Assembly: GCF_009914755.1 (NCBI RefSeq)
Contig: NC_060927.1
Strand: one strand, 5' to 3'
DNA length: 64,000 nt
DNA from: the human T2T-CHM13v2.0 reference genome, Homo sapiens
The notes beneath the pieces were generated by a model, which saw nothing but the letters and a program-made list of their open reading frames with translations, searched no databases and was not told where the DNA came from. Of this stretch, positions 34,307 through 64,000 are shown piece after piece. Position numbers and translations under genes: made by a program. Position 1 is the first letter of the stretch; the number at the start of each line of letters is the position of its first letter.

Positions 34307-36858
34307 GGAGAAAGAAAGATGGACAGAAGGATAGATAGATGGATAGATGTATGTTGTTGGGGAAAAGTTAAATGACTAACAGTACCTAGTAACTGTTCAC
34401 ATTCCTTGTCATGATCATAAAAATCAAATAATAAGAAATTAGAAAACTTCCATAGGAAATGTAGCTACCTATAATACACTGCCATATGAATTACTGGGTT
34501 ATTGCTCCACTCAACTTTTAGCTTGTGATGAGGAGGTGATACCAGCACTGAGCCTGCAGGATGAGTAAGAGCTTTGCAGGTGAACAAGACCAGCAAAAGA
34601 GCCTTTCCCACAGAGGACAGAGCGTGTGGGCATGCGTGATTTAGTCAAGGGTCGCAGGCATCCCAGGGTGGCTGGGGCTTGTGGTATTGAGGTTGAGCTG
34701 ATGCAGAAGTCACAGACCTGGGTTTGAATTGTGGCTCTAACATTCTCTAGCTGTACAGCCTAAACCTATGTGAGCCGCCATTGACCAAGTGTGAAATGGA
34801 GATGACAACATTTACCTGCTAGGATTTTTGTGGGAATTATATGTAAAGTACCCGGTATAGCCCGTGTTCCAAGGTGAGCACTCAGTAAGCATGAGCTGTC
34901 ACAGTGAAGAGCCCGGACAGAATCTGGGAGTGATTATGCAGACCTCGAACACCACTGAATTGACCTTTGAATCGGCCTCTTGTCAGGAATCCATATGCTT
35001 TCGTTCTTCAATCGTACACTTTCTCAAGGAAACCAAGTAGTCGGGGTGGGGGGATATATTTTCATTGTTTTCCCACTGGGGCCACTAAGCCGCTGTCATC
35101 ACCCATAAAAAACCCCTGCCCACAGTCTACCGTGGACCCTGGGTGCTCGCTTCTCCCCTGGACATCCCAGGGTCCACACGCTGCAGCTCCCAGGGGTGGG
35201 AGAAGGGACGAAAGCTCCTTCTCCTTCACTGTATTTCCCTCAACACCAGCTTGCTGTTTGCACAGAGGAACTCTGCTTTCCCTTTGATTAATACACCTCT
35301 TTGTCTCACTATGGAAAGCGTCTGTCCCCCTCCAGTGGGGGCGTGTCCTCCTGCAGGCCTTGGAAGGCTTGGTGGGGTCCCCCGCCCACTAAACGTGAAG
35401 TCCGAACATTCCCTTACATCGACAAAGCCTTTTCACACACACTGTCCCATTCAGTCTCGACACAACCCTGTGAGGCCATCAAGGCAAGTGCTGTCCTCCG
35501 TGGTCACCACCAGAGTGAAGGAGCCAGGCTTGGGCCCAGGCCTCCTTCCCCAGCCCAGGGTCCCTTCCTCTACACAGGTCCCACCTGCTCCTTCTTATCG
35601 AGAAGGGCGGTGGCAGGTAGCCACTCCCTCAGAAGTGACCAGAGGGAACAAACTTGTGATACTGAAGGGAAATCAGATGCTAATGCGTTATGCGGTTGAG
35701 CGCCTATCAGCAGAGATTATGTGGGTCTCTCCTATAGAAAGGTGACACCGAGGACCTACCACCAGCCACCACCAGCATGCAAGGGCGAGGTGTCACCTCC
35801 CAGTGGGAGCAGGTTTGCATTTATTAAGACCTGTGGCCAGATGGCAGCCTGTGGGCATGGAACAGGACGAGGTGGGCTGACCTCTGATGGCTCTACCAGG
35901 CCGACGCTGACCACGTAGGGAAGCCAGTTGGCTTATTCGTGGCCCTAAGGAAGTGAGGGCTGAGCAGGGAGGTGCTCAAAGCGGGCTCCTCACACTGGCT
36001 GTCTGGAGTCGCTGTGGGAAGGGCCCAGGGGAAGAAGGGTTGCTGGGGCCTCTGAATCCCCCCCCGATGGAGGCAGAGCCTCATCCATTCCCAGAGAGTC
36101 TCTCGCCACGAGCCCCGGTACAGCGCAGGCTGACCAGAGAACCGGAGAACCGGGTGGGAACCGGAGATCTGAGTTGAACCAGTGCTGGGAACCATGGCAC
36201 TGCCTTCGCCGAGCCGCCGCGTGCCTCTCTTTTCACCTCTCTGGCCTGCATATTCTTTTAGCAAACTTGGGGATTATACTACACATTCTGCTTTACACTT
36301 TCCTTTCCTTGATATTATTTTATTATGAACGTCTTTCTGCGTCAATCAATATATTGCTACCAAAGCATTTTTTTATCATACCACGTCATTCCTATCATGT
36401 AGTTTTACCATAACTTATTTAGCCAGTGCTTCCATTATTGGACTTTTGATGGTTTCCACTTTTTTATTATTCTTACTAATGTTACAATGAATATTTCTTT
36501 TAAAATATTTTTATGTACATTGTATTTCCTTAGGATAAATTCCTAGAACTTGAGTCATTGAATCAAAAAGAATCCAGACTTTCAAGGTCTTTGATAAATT
36601 GGCTAAATTGTTCTTCAGAAAAAGTGTGCCAATTTTCTGTTCTACCTGCAGGGTGTGAGACAGTTCTTAGGGGGGGAGAAGTCAAAACAATTGTATTGTC
36701 TATATTTTGACAAATTCATTATTAAGAGAAAGCTAGAGAAGCAAATCACAAGCTCTGAATTCACACATCACAATTCTAAATGTTTGTTGTTCTAATCCTC
36801 AATTTCAAGTTCTTGTTAATGCATCCACCATTTGAATATTTACTTTTTCAAAATATAG

Positions 36859-41130
<4,272 letters not shown>

Positions 41131-42247
41131 CAAAGAGGAGGAGGTGGTGTCACCAGAGCCTAGGGGTCAGCGGAAGAAACTCTAGGATGTCTCTGTCCAA
41201 GGCAGAGAGGAAGGGAGAGAAGTATGCTGGATTCTTTCTGCCCTCTACTGTCTGACCTCCCAGGAGGAGTGTCTTCCATTGACTAAACCAGCAGAGTTTG
41301 TGACAGGTGACAGCAGTTTGAGGCCAGGTGACAGCAGAGTTTGAGATTCAGAACCTTCAGAAGTCAGAGCCCTGCCACACTGAGGAGGGCAGGGAAGGGG
41401 AAGGCGCAGCTCTGGGGACAAACCGCTGTCAGCCAGCATAGTCATCTGTGCTCAGGGCTAGCCTTGCTCTGCAATTTATGAATGCAGAGTTTTTAATTGA
41501 ACCTTCCTGCATATGTTTTACATATCTAGTTGGTATAATTCATCCTTCCAGCCACATTACTCAGGCCTTTATTTTAGACTTTGTGTAGCTGTTGAACTAC
41601 CTTGGAGATTACACAGGAATAACCAGCACTCAGTCAACTCACTGGTGTTTGGAACTCACAAGTAATAATTAATAATTGTGTTACTCGCTACCTTTACAGC
41701 CATGAAGCCCTTTCACATTCATGAGACTGGTTATTCTCATGCAACTCTGGAATAGTTATTATTACTCCCATTTTGTAGACGGATTCTCTGAGTCTTGGAG
41801 ACTTTGTCTGAATTCCTAAAGGACAAATAACAAATAACAGAGGCAGAATTCAAACTCTGGTCTGCTTGGTTCCAAATTCCATGATCTTCCCATGATATCC
41901 TGCTGCTTCCTGCCAGGGCCACAACAAGAGTTTTTTTCTGGGCTGGTTGGCTGAGTTTAGGAGGAAGGAGAGGATATGTTTTAAACTTGCAAAATTCTTG
42001 ATGACCCATAAATTAAAATGCCCCTCCTGAGTGTGACACAAGGCCTGGCTTGCCTTCCAGTCTGAAGGTTGCCTTTTCGCTGAGGGACCTGCACTCTTGC
42101 CCCTTACACGTCTAGATTCAGTTCTTCGATACGCAGGGCTGGCTCTTCCAGAGAGACTGGAGTCACAGCAGCAGGTACCACCCCACACCTGACAAGAGGT
42201 GGCCAGGGAGGAAGGGAGGGTTCTTACCTCCCCATCTCCCCTCAGTA

Positions 42248-42322
42248 AAATTCAGGATGCCCAGTGAAGTTTGAATGTCAGATAAACAATTTGTTAGTAT
42301 AAGGATGTACCTAGCATTGAAA
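42248..42322 (+). mobile_element. MER53-like hAT DNA transposon fragment
   Basis: AAAATTCAGGATGCCCAGTGAAGTTTGAATGTCAGATAAACAA...TTAGTATAAG resembles MER53. Confidence 0.6.
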
Positions 42323-43877
42323 TGATGCCTTGTAATTTACTAAATCTGCAACTATGCAGCCTTATTTCATGGCGGGCAGTGGTGGTGATCCCAGGTTTCA
42401 GGGGCGGGGAAGGGTGCTGGGGGGATCCTGAGGTCAGGAACCCGTACACCTCTGCTTCTGCCCTCTCTTCCCTGTGCCGGCCACAAGGCAATGACTCCTG
42501 TGTGGGTGCAGAGGCAGAAATGGGTCTGGAAGGGGATTCCCAGTGTCTGGCAAGTTCTGGTAAATTCTGCATTGGAGGTTCTCTCTGTAGTAAGGGGAGT
42601 TGGCCTGGCCTGAAGTGAAAGCTGGCTTACCCGGTTTCATTGAGCTCTTCAATTAGTCTGTTTGCACTGGTGAGCATTCAAATCTGATCAAGAAGGTAAA
42701 ATGAGCTTTCAAGATCCCTAAATGCATTTGAAGAAAGGAAAGAGGAGGCCCCTGAGTGGCTGGAGCGAGCAGGTGGGGTGAGCTGGTGCCGCTGGCCCAG
42801 GAGAAGATGGGAGGGCAGACACTGGGCCTCCGGTAGGTGTCAAGGAATGGGCAGATGGAATGCTGGGGCCAGCTCTTGCCTCTGGGTCTGCAGAATGCAG
42901 AGCTGGGGGCATGCACTGGGCGTCAGGTCCCCAGCAGGGCAGCAGTGAGTGCAGCCTCGCTGCTGGGAGAAACTGCCCTGCTCACTCATCGGAGCTCGGG
43001 GAGCGAGGCGGGGCTGCTCTTAGCCCTGCCACTAAGTTCATCCACAACCTCGAGTAGTATCTCTGGGCCTTTGTTCACCTGGCAAATGTGATGAGTATAT
43101 TGCATTTCCCTTATGGCTCCCCTTAGTTCTGAATCTCTGCTGGTGCGTGTATACCTTCAAGCCTTCTCATTATTGCTGTTCTCTGTGCACTGGCCAGGCA
43201 AGCGGGCTGGCAACCACGTTTCGTTAACCACCTTTATTCTACCCAAAGATTGCTTCTTCATTTTCCCTCCGTGTTTCCCCCGTCCAAGCAAAATATCAAA
43301 CCTCTTTTTTCAAAGGGTCATAGTCAAATGAGTGAACCAAAGAGATCAACGCTTTTGTAACAGCCCCACATCAGCAGCTGAGGAGTAACTCTGGGACAGA
43401 GGCCCCCATCCGTGTTTCCGTCTCCGTCCACTCTCCAGTTGTTCATTCATTCACTCAGCAAGTACTTACTGAGCTCAGGGGATGCATCAGACCGATTGGA
43501 GCTGGAGGCAGGAAAACTTCAGCAGAATTACAAAATATGGGAAACTCCAGGTGACTGGAGGCCTGGTTACTCAAGCTTTTTGCTTCTCCCTTCTGTGCTG
43601 GACTCACTGAAGTTTAGTGTTCAGCCACCCGTCCATCAAGTGGTAGAGGCAAAATGAAATTGAGTTCTTGTCAACAGTTTCAGTGAAAGGCCGGAAGTCT
43701 TGGCTAAATGGAGGTATCTGAGTATCCTGTGGGCTGCACCTCTATGGAGCTCCACAGAGCTCCAAGACCACATAGAATTGGAACTGGCTCCTTCTGCCGA
43801 TAATACAAACAGCCCTCTGGGATGTCCTTCTCTGACTTACCTCTTCCCTGCTCTCTGTCCACAGGGCTGCCCTTGAG

Positions 43878-43985
43878 ATGGAGTTGCTGCCTCTTTGGCT
43901 CTGCCTGGGTTTTCACTTCCTGACCGTGGGCTGGAGGAACAGAAGCGGAACAGCCACAGCAGCCTCCCAAGGAGTCTGCAAGTTG
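43878..43985 (+). CDS. NRROS: NRROS first coding exon (exon 2, starts 43865): [36 protein letters not shown], signal peptide and start of LRRNT
   Basis: Polypyrimidine tract + ACAG acceptor (43861-43864), ATG in strong Kozak context (GAGATGG), 36 codons with a hydrophobic N-terminus, phase-0 donor TTG|GTGAGT. Confidence 0.95.
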
Positions 43986-44292
43986 GTGAGTTTCCCTTGA
44001 ACCCTGATCTGTCGGCTGCTCCTGTCCTGACAAGGCTTGGTCCATTTGGAAAGCTGACAGATTGTCCATCAGGAAGGGCAGAGAATGAAGGAGCCTGCAT
44101 CACTCTGTGCCTGCCTAGCACAGGGGCATGTGCAGCTGCCCTTTAACCACAGGATTTTAAGATGCTTCCTGGGAAGAGCCAGGCAGTCCCTGCCCCGCCG
44201 TTCTCACGCCTGCTGAGGATAGGAGGCATCCGAGACCAGCCTAGGGCATCCTCCCGGAACAAGAACAACTTGTTAAAAATCTGGATGATTCA

Positions 44293-48960
<4,668 letters not shown>

Positions 48961-49087
48961 TAAAATGAACATCTCTAGAGCCATCCCCGGCGGTTGCAGG
49001 GACAGTCTGATAAGTGAACTAAGTTTCTATGCATAAATGCTTGCCTCTGGGCCTCCTCGCTGCTGACCGGTGTGGTTTTGGCCGCAG

Positions 49088-51058
49088 GTGGGTGGAGCCG
49101 CTGACTGCCGAGGGCAGAGCCTCGCTTCGGTGCCCAGCAGCCTCCCGCCCCACGCCCGGATGCTCACCCTGGATGCCAACCCTCTCAAGACCCTGTGGAA
49201 TCACTCCCTCCAGCCTTACCCTCTCCTGGAGAGCCTCAGCCTGCACAGCTGCCACCTGGAGCGCATCAGCCGCGGCGCCTTCCAGGAGCAAGGTCACCTG
49301 CGCAGCCTGGTCCTGGGGGACAACTGCCTCTCAGAGAACTACGAAGAGACGGCAGCCGCCCTCCACGCCCTGCCGGGCCTGCGGAGGCTGGACTTGTCAG
49401 GAAACGCCCTGACGGAGGACATGGCAGCGCTCATGCTCCAGAACCTCTCCTCGCTGCGGTCCGTGTCCCTGGCGGGGAACACCATCATGCGGCTGGACGA
49501 CTCCGTCTTCGAGGGCCTGGAGCGTCTCCGGGAGCTGGATCTGCAGAGGAACTACATCTTCGAGATCGAGGGCGGCGCTTTCGACGGCCTGGCTGAGCTG
49601 AGGCACCTCAACCTGGCCTTCAACAACCTCCCCTGCATCGTGGACTTCGGGCTCACGCGGCTGCGGGTCCTCAACGTCAGCTACAACGTCCTGGAGTGGT
49701 TCCTCGCGACCGGGGGAGAGGCTGCCTTCGAGCTGGAGACGCTGGACCTGTCTCACAACCAGCTGCTGTTCTTCCCGCTGCTGCCCCAGTACAGCAAGTT
49801 GCGGACCCTCCTGCTGCGCGACAACAACATGGGCTTCTACCGGGACCTGTACAACACCTCGTCGCCGAGGGAGATGGTGGCCCAGTTCCTCCTCGTGGAC
49901 GGCAACGTGACCAACATCACCACCGTCAGCCTCTGGGAAGAATTCTCCTCCAGCGACCTCGCAGATCTCCGCTTCCTGGACATGAGCCAGAACCAGTTCC
50001 AGTACCTGCCAGACGGCTTCCTGAGGAAAATGCCTTCCCTCTCCCACCTGAACCTCCACCAGAATTGCCTGATGACGCTTCACATTCGGGAGCACGAGCC
50101 CCCCGGAGCGCTCACCGAGCTGGACCTGAGCCACAACCAGCTGTCGGAGCTGCACCTGGCTCCGGGGCTGGCCAGCTGCCTGGGCAGCCTGCGCTTGTTC
50201 AACCTGAGCTCCAACCAGCTCCTGGGCGTCCCCCCTGGCCTCTTCGCCAATGCTAGGAACATCACTACACTTGACATGAGCCACAATCAGATCTCACTTT
50301 GTCCCCTGCCAGCTGCCTCGGACCGGGTGGGCCCCCCTAGCTGTGTGGATTTCAGGAATATGGCATCTTTAAGGAGCCTGTCTCTGGAGGGCTGTGGCCT
50401 GGGGGCATTGCCAGACTGCCCATTCCAAGGGACCTCCCTGACCTACTTAGACCTCTCAAGCAACTGGGGGGTTCTGAATGGGAGCCTCGCCCCACTCCAG
50501 GATGTTGCCCCCATGTTACAGGTCCTGTCTCTCAGGAACATGGGCCTCCACTCCAGCTTTATGCCGTTGGACTTCTCTGGGTTTGGGAATCTCAGGGACT
50601 TAGATCTGTCGGGGAATTGCTTGACCACCTTCCCAAGGTTTGGGGGCAGCCTGGCCCTGGAGACCCTGGATCTCCGTAGAAACTCGCTCACAGCCCTTCC
50701 CCAGAAGGCTGTGTCTGAGCAGCTCTCGAGAGGTCTGCGGACCATCTACCTCAGTCAGAATCCATATGACTGCTGTGGGGTGGATGGCTGGGGGGCCCTG
50801 CAGCATGGGCAGACGGTGGCCGACTGGGCCATGGTCACCTGCAACCTCTCCTCCAAGATCATCCGCGTGACGGAGCTGCCCGGAGGTGTGCCTCGGGACT
50901 GCAAGTGGGAGCGGCTGGACCTGGGCCTGCTCTACCTCGTGCTCATCCTCCCCAGCTGCCTCACCCTGCTGGTGGCCTGCACTGTCATCGTCCTCACTTT
51001 TAAGAAGCCTCTGCTTCAGGTCATCAAGAGCCGCTGCCACTGGTCCTCCGTTTACTGA
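49088..51058 (+). CDS. NRROS: NRROS exon 3 CDS (residues 37-692): LRR ectodomain, LRRCT, transmembrane helix, short cytoplasmic tail; GARP/LRRC32 paralogue that presents latent TGF-beta1
   Basis: CCGCAG|GTG acceptor, 656 codons to TGA, many LxxLxLxxN repeats, NPYDCC cap, hydrophobic [25 protein letters not shown]. 36+656=692 aa. Cys219 and Cys363 sit where I recall the pro-TGF-beta1-linking cysteines. Confidence 0.97.
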   Translation: MGGAADCRGQSLASVPSSLPPHARMLTLDANPLKTLWNHSLQPYPLLESLSLHSCHLERISRGAFQEQGHLRSLVLGDNCLSENYEETAAALHALPGLRRLDLSGNALTEDMAALMLQNLSSLRSVSLAGNTIMRLDDSVFEGLERLRELDLQRNYIFEIEGGAFDGLAELRHLNLAFNNLPCIVDFGLTRLRVLNVSYNVLEWFLATGGEAAFELETLDLSHNQLLFFPLLPQYSKLRTLLLRDNNMGFYRDLYNTSSPREMVAQFLLVDGNVTNITTVSLWEEFSSSDLADLRFLDMSQNQFQYLPDGFLRKMPSLSHLNLHQNCLMTLHIREHEPPGALTELDLSHNQLSELHLAPGLASCLGSLRLFNLSSNQLLGVPPGLFANARNITTLDMSHNQISLCPLPAASDRVGPPSCVDFRNMASLRSLSLEGCGLGALPDCPFQGTSLTYLDLSSNWGVLNGSLAPLQDVAPMLQVLSLRNMGLHSSFMPLDFSGFGNLRDLDLSGNCLTTFPRFGGSLALETLDLRRNSLTALPQKAVSEQLSRGLRTIYLSQNPYDCCGVDGWGALQHGQTVADWAMVTCNLSSKIIRVTELPGGVPRDCKWERLDLGLLYLVLILPSCLTLLVACTVIVLTFKKPLLQVIKSRCHWSSVY

Positions 51059-51325
51059 CCTGGCTGTGTGCCAAGACTCGAAATTCGGTCCGCACACAAC
51101 AGGACACTTTCTCTGCCAGCTTTCAAGATGTGATGCAGAGGCCAAGTCTGACGAATTGAAGTTTCAATTAAAATTTAATATGTTTCCATTCCTCATCGCC
51201 CACCCCACCCCCGCCCCCACCACCGCCCAAGTTCTTTTTCCATCATTATAATTCATCCTCATTATCTTGGTAAAATATTTATTAAGTGACTTTTTCAGAA
51301 ATAAAAGGCAACGTGTCTCATAAAT
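51059..51325 (+). other. NRROS: NRROS 3' UTR
   Basis: Follows the stop codon; AU-rich with a C-rich tract; AATAAA at 51300 followed by U/GU-rich sequence. Confidence 0.8.
51300..51305 (+). terminator. Polyadenylation signal AATAAA of NRROS
   Basis: Canonical hexamer about 240 nt after the stop, with TTGTGTTTTTTTTT downstream at about 51347. Confidence 0.8.
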
Positions 51326-51515
51326 ATTTTTTAAATTAAATGCAGCTTGTGTTTTTTTTTATTGTTCCTTGGTTTCCCTTGGATTATTTTGTAGTGTCCT
51401 CCCCTTGGTGACATCCATGGAGCCGAGGGTAGCAATTCAATGCAACCTACTGGAAAAAGAACTCCAAGAGCAGGTGCTAGAGATGGTGAGTCAGTGCCCT
51501 GGGGACTCAACAGGG

Positions 51516-51569
51516 ACAAGGATTTCATAGCAGGACGACGACACAAGGATTTCATAGCAGGACGACGAC
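51516..51569. repeat. Perfect 27-bp tandem duplication downstream of the NRROS poly(A) site
   Basis: ACAAGGATTTCATAGCAGGACGACGAC x2, followed by a degenerate third copy. Confidence 0.9.
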
Positions 51570-51631
51570 AACAAAGCATTTCAAAGCACAGCTGGAGGGT
51601 CTGACATAAGATCATAAGATGAGGCCTCTCA

Positions 51632-58227
<6,596 letters not shown>

Positions 58228-58374
58228 GGGTCCTCTGTAATTGGTCCCAAGAGCCTCTGTGACTTTCACTCATTCGGGACACGGCTTTTGTTCAAGGTCC
58301 CATCTTCCTCCCAGTGCAATCGGTGCAATGACTGTCCTCAGCAGCTTTTTGGACCTTCTGTCCAAAGTTGGTTC

Positions 58375-58407
58375 TGTCGAAGGACAGTCAAACTCTGGAA
58401 AAAAATT

Positions 58408-58460
<53 letters not shown>

Positions 58461-58941
58461 TGAGACAGAGTCTTGCTCTGTCCCCCAGGCTGGAGTGCAG
58501 TTGCACGATCTCGGCTCACTGCAACCTCTGCCTCTGGTGTTCGATCAATTCTCTGCCTCAGTCTCCCGAGTAGCTGGCATTACAGATGCCAGCCACCATG
58601 CCTGGCTAATTTTTGTATTTTTAGTAGAGATGGGGTTTCACCATGTTGGCCAGGCTTGTTTCGCACTCCTGACCTCAGGTGATCCACTTGCCTCGGCCTC
58701 CCAATGTGCTGGGGATTACAGGTGTGAGCCACCATGTCTGGCCAGAACTCTATAAAATATTTGAAGAGACTTATAGAACTCTGTAAAATACTTGAAGAGA
58801 TTTATTCTGAGCCAAATACGAGTGACCATGGCCCATGACAAGTCCTGAGAACGTGTGCCGAAGGTGGTCAGGGCACGGCTTGGTTTTATACATTTTAGAG
58901 AGGCAGGAGACTTCAATCAAATACATTTAAGAAATGCATTG
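58375..58941 (-). mobile_element. MER4-family ERV1 LTR fragment interrupted by an Alu (-58443-58743)
   Basis: AGTCAAACTCTG...TAAAATAYTTGAAGAGATTTATTCTGAGCCAAATACGAGTGACCATGGCCCATGACA...GCTTGGTTTTATACATTTTAG is characteristic MER4A-like text. Confidence 0.78.
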
Positions 58942-58942
58942 C

Positions 58943-61571
<2,629 letters not shown>

Positions 61572-61679
61572 ATGCTTTCCTTTTGAATGCAAGTCAGTGT
61601 TGCCTCCCCAGCTCCGCTTCCTACAGTTGTCCTAACAGGAAACTAATTTTTCTTCTTTTATTTCTTTATGGCCACTGTC

Positions 61680-63860
<2,181 letters not shown>

Positions 63861-64000
63861 TAAAAATAAAAGAACTCTTTGCATAACGCATGTGTTCACA
63901 AATAAGAAAGTGGCATATATTAATTCAGTGGCTGAAATATAATTCTGCGTATGAAAGTACAAAGTCTTTTTTAAAATGTGCTTTATTTACTTTTGATTGC

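Noticed and set aside
35142-35152. GTGCTCGCTTC, identical to the U6 snRNA 5' end
   Set aside because: The match stops after 11 nt; the rest of U6 is absent.
35143-35745. 200-aa non-Alu ORF in intron 1
   Set aside because: Non-ATG start, no domain similarity, no clear exon boundaries; consistent with chance in GC-rich DNA.
49070-49087. ORF-track start MWFWPQ of the 662-aa ORF
   Set aside because: Intronic sequence upstream of the CAG acceptor, starting at a non-ATG codon; the real N-terminus comes from exon 2.
49397-50284. 295-aa antisense ORF and shifted-frame ORFs over exon 3
   Set aside because: Expected shadow of a high-GC3, Leu-rich coding sequence; no recognisable domain.
51516-51575. 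GACGACGAC..AAG resembling a FLAG-tag or other synthetic insert
   Set aside because: Does not encode DYKDDDDK in any frame and lies in no ORF; explained by a local duplication.

Overview
Human (primate) genomic DNA, very Alu-dense, containing one complete protein-coding gene on the + strand: NRROS (LRRC33, 3q29). It has a CpG-island first exon (donor at 29223), exon 2 (43865-43985) with the start codon and signal peptide, and a large exon 3 (49088 to about 51325) encoding the LRR ectodomain, TM helix and tail. The spliced product is 692 aa. A second CpG island at about 21.6-22.4 kb probably drives a minus-strand lncRNA (positionally LINC01063). The rest is about 60 Alus, old L1/L2/MIR/MaLR/ERV fragments, one 5'-truncated SVA with clean TSDs, and several VNTRs. 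Nearly all short ORFs in the track are Alu-derived or spurious. I see no new multi-gene system. The best leads are: (i) an exon-1 uORF that stops 1 nt before the main AUG when exon 2 is included, but would fuse in frame to exon 3 if exon 2 is skipped; (ii) a STAT/IRF/PU.1/RUNX motif cluster 15 kb upstream; (iii) a possible Ala>Pro coding variant; (iv) several unusual repeat or palindrome structures. Repeat boundaries and subfamily names are by-eye estimates.
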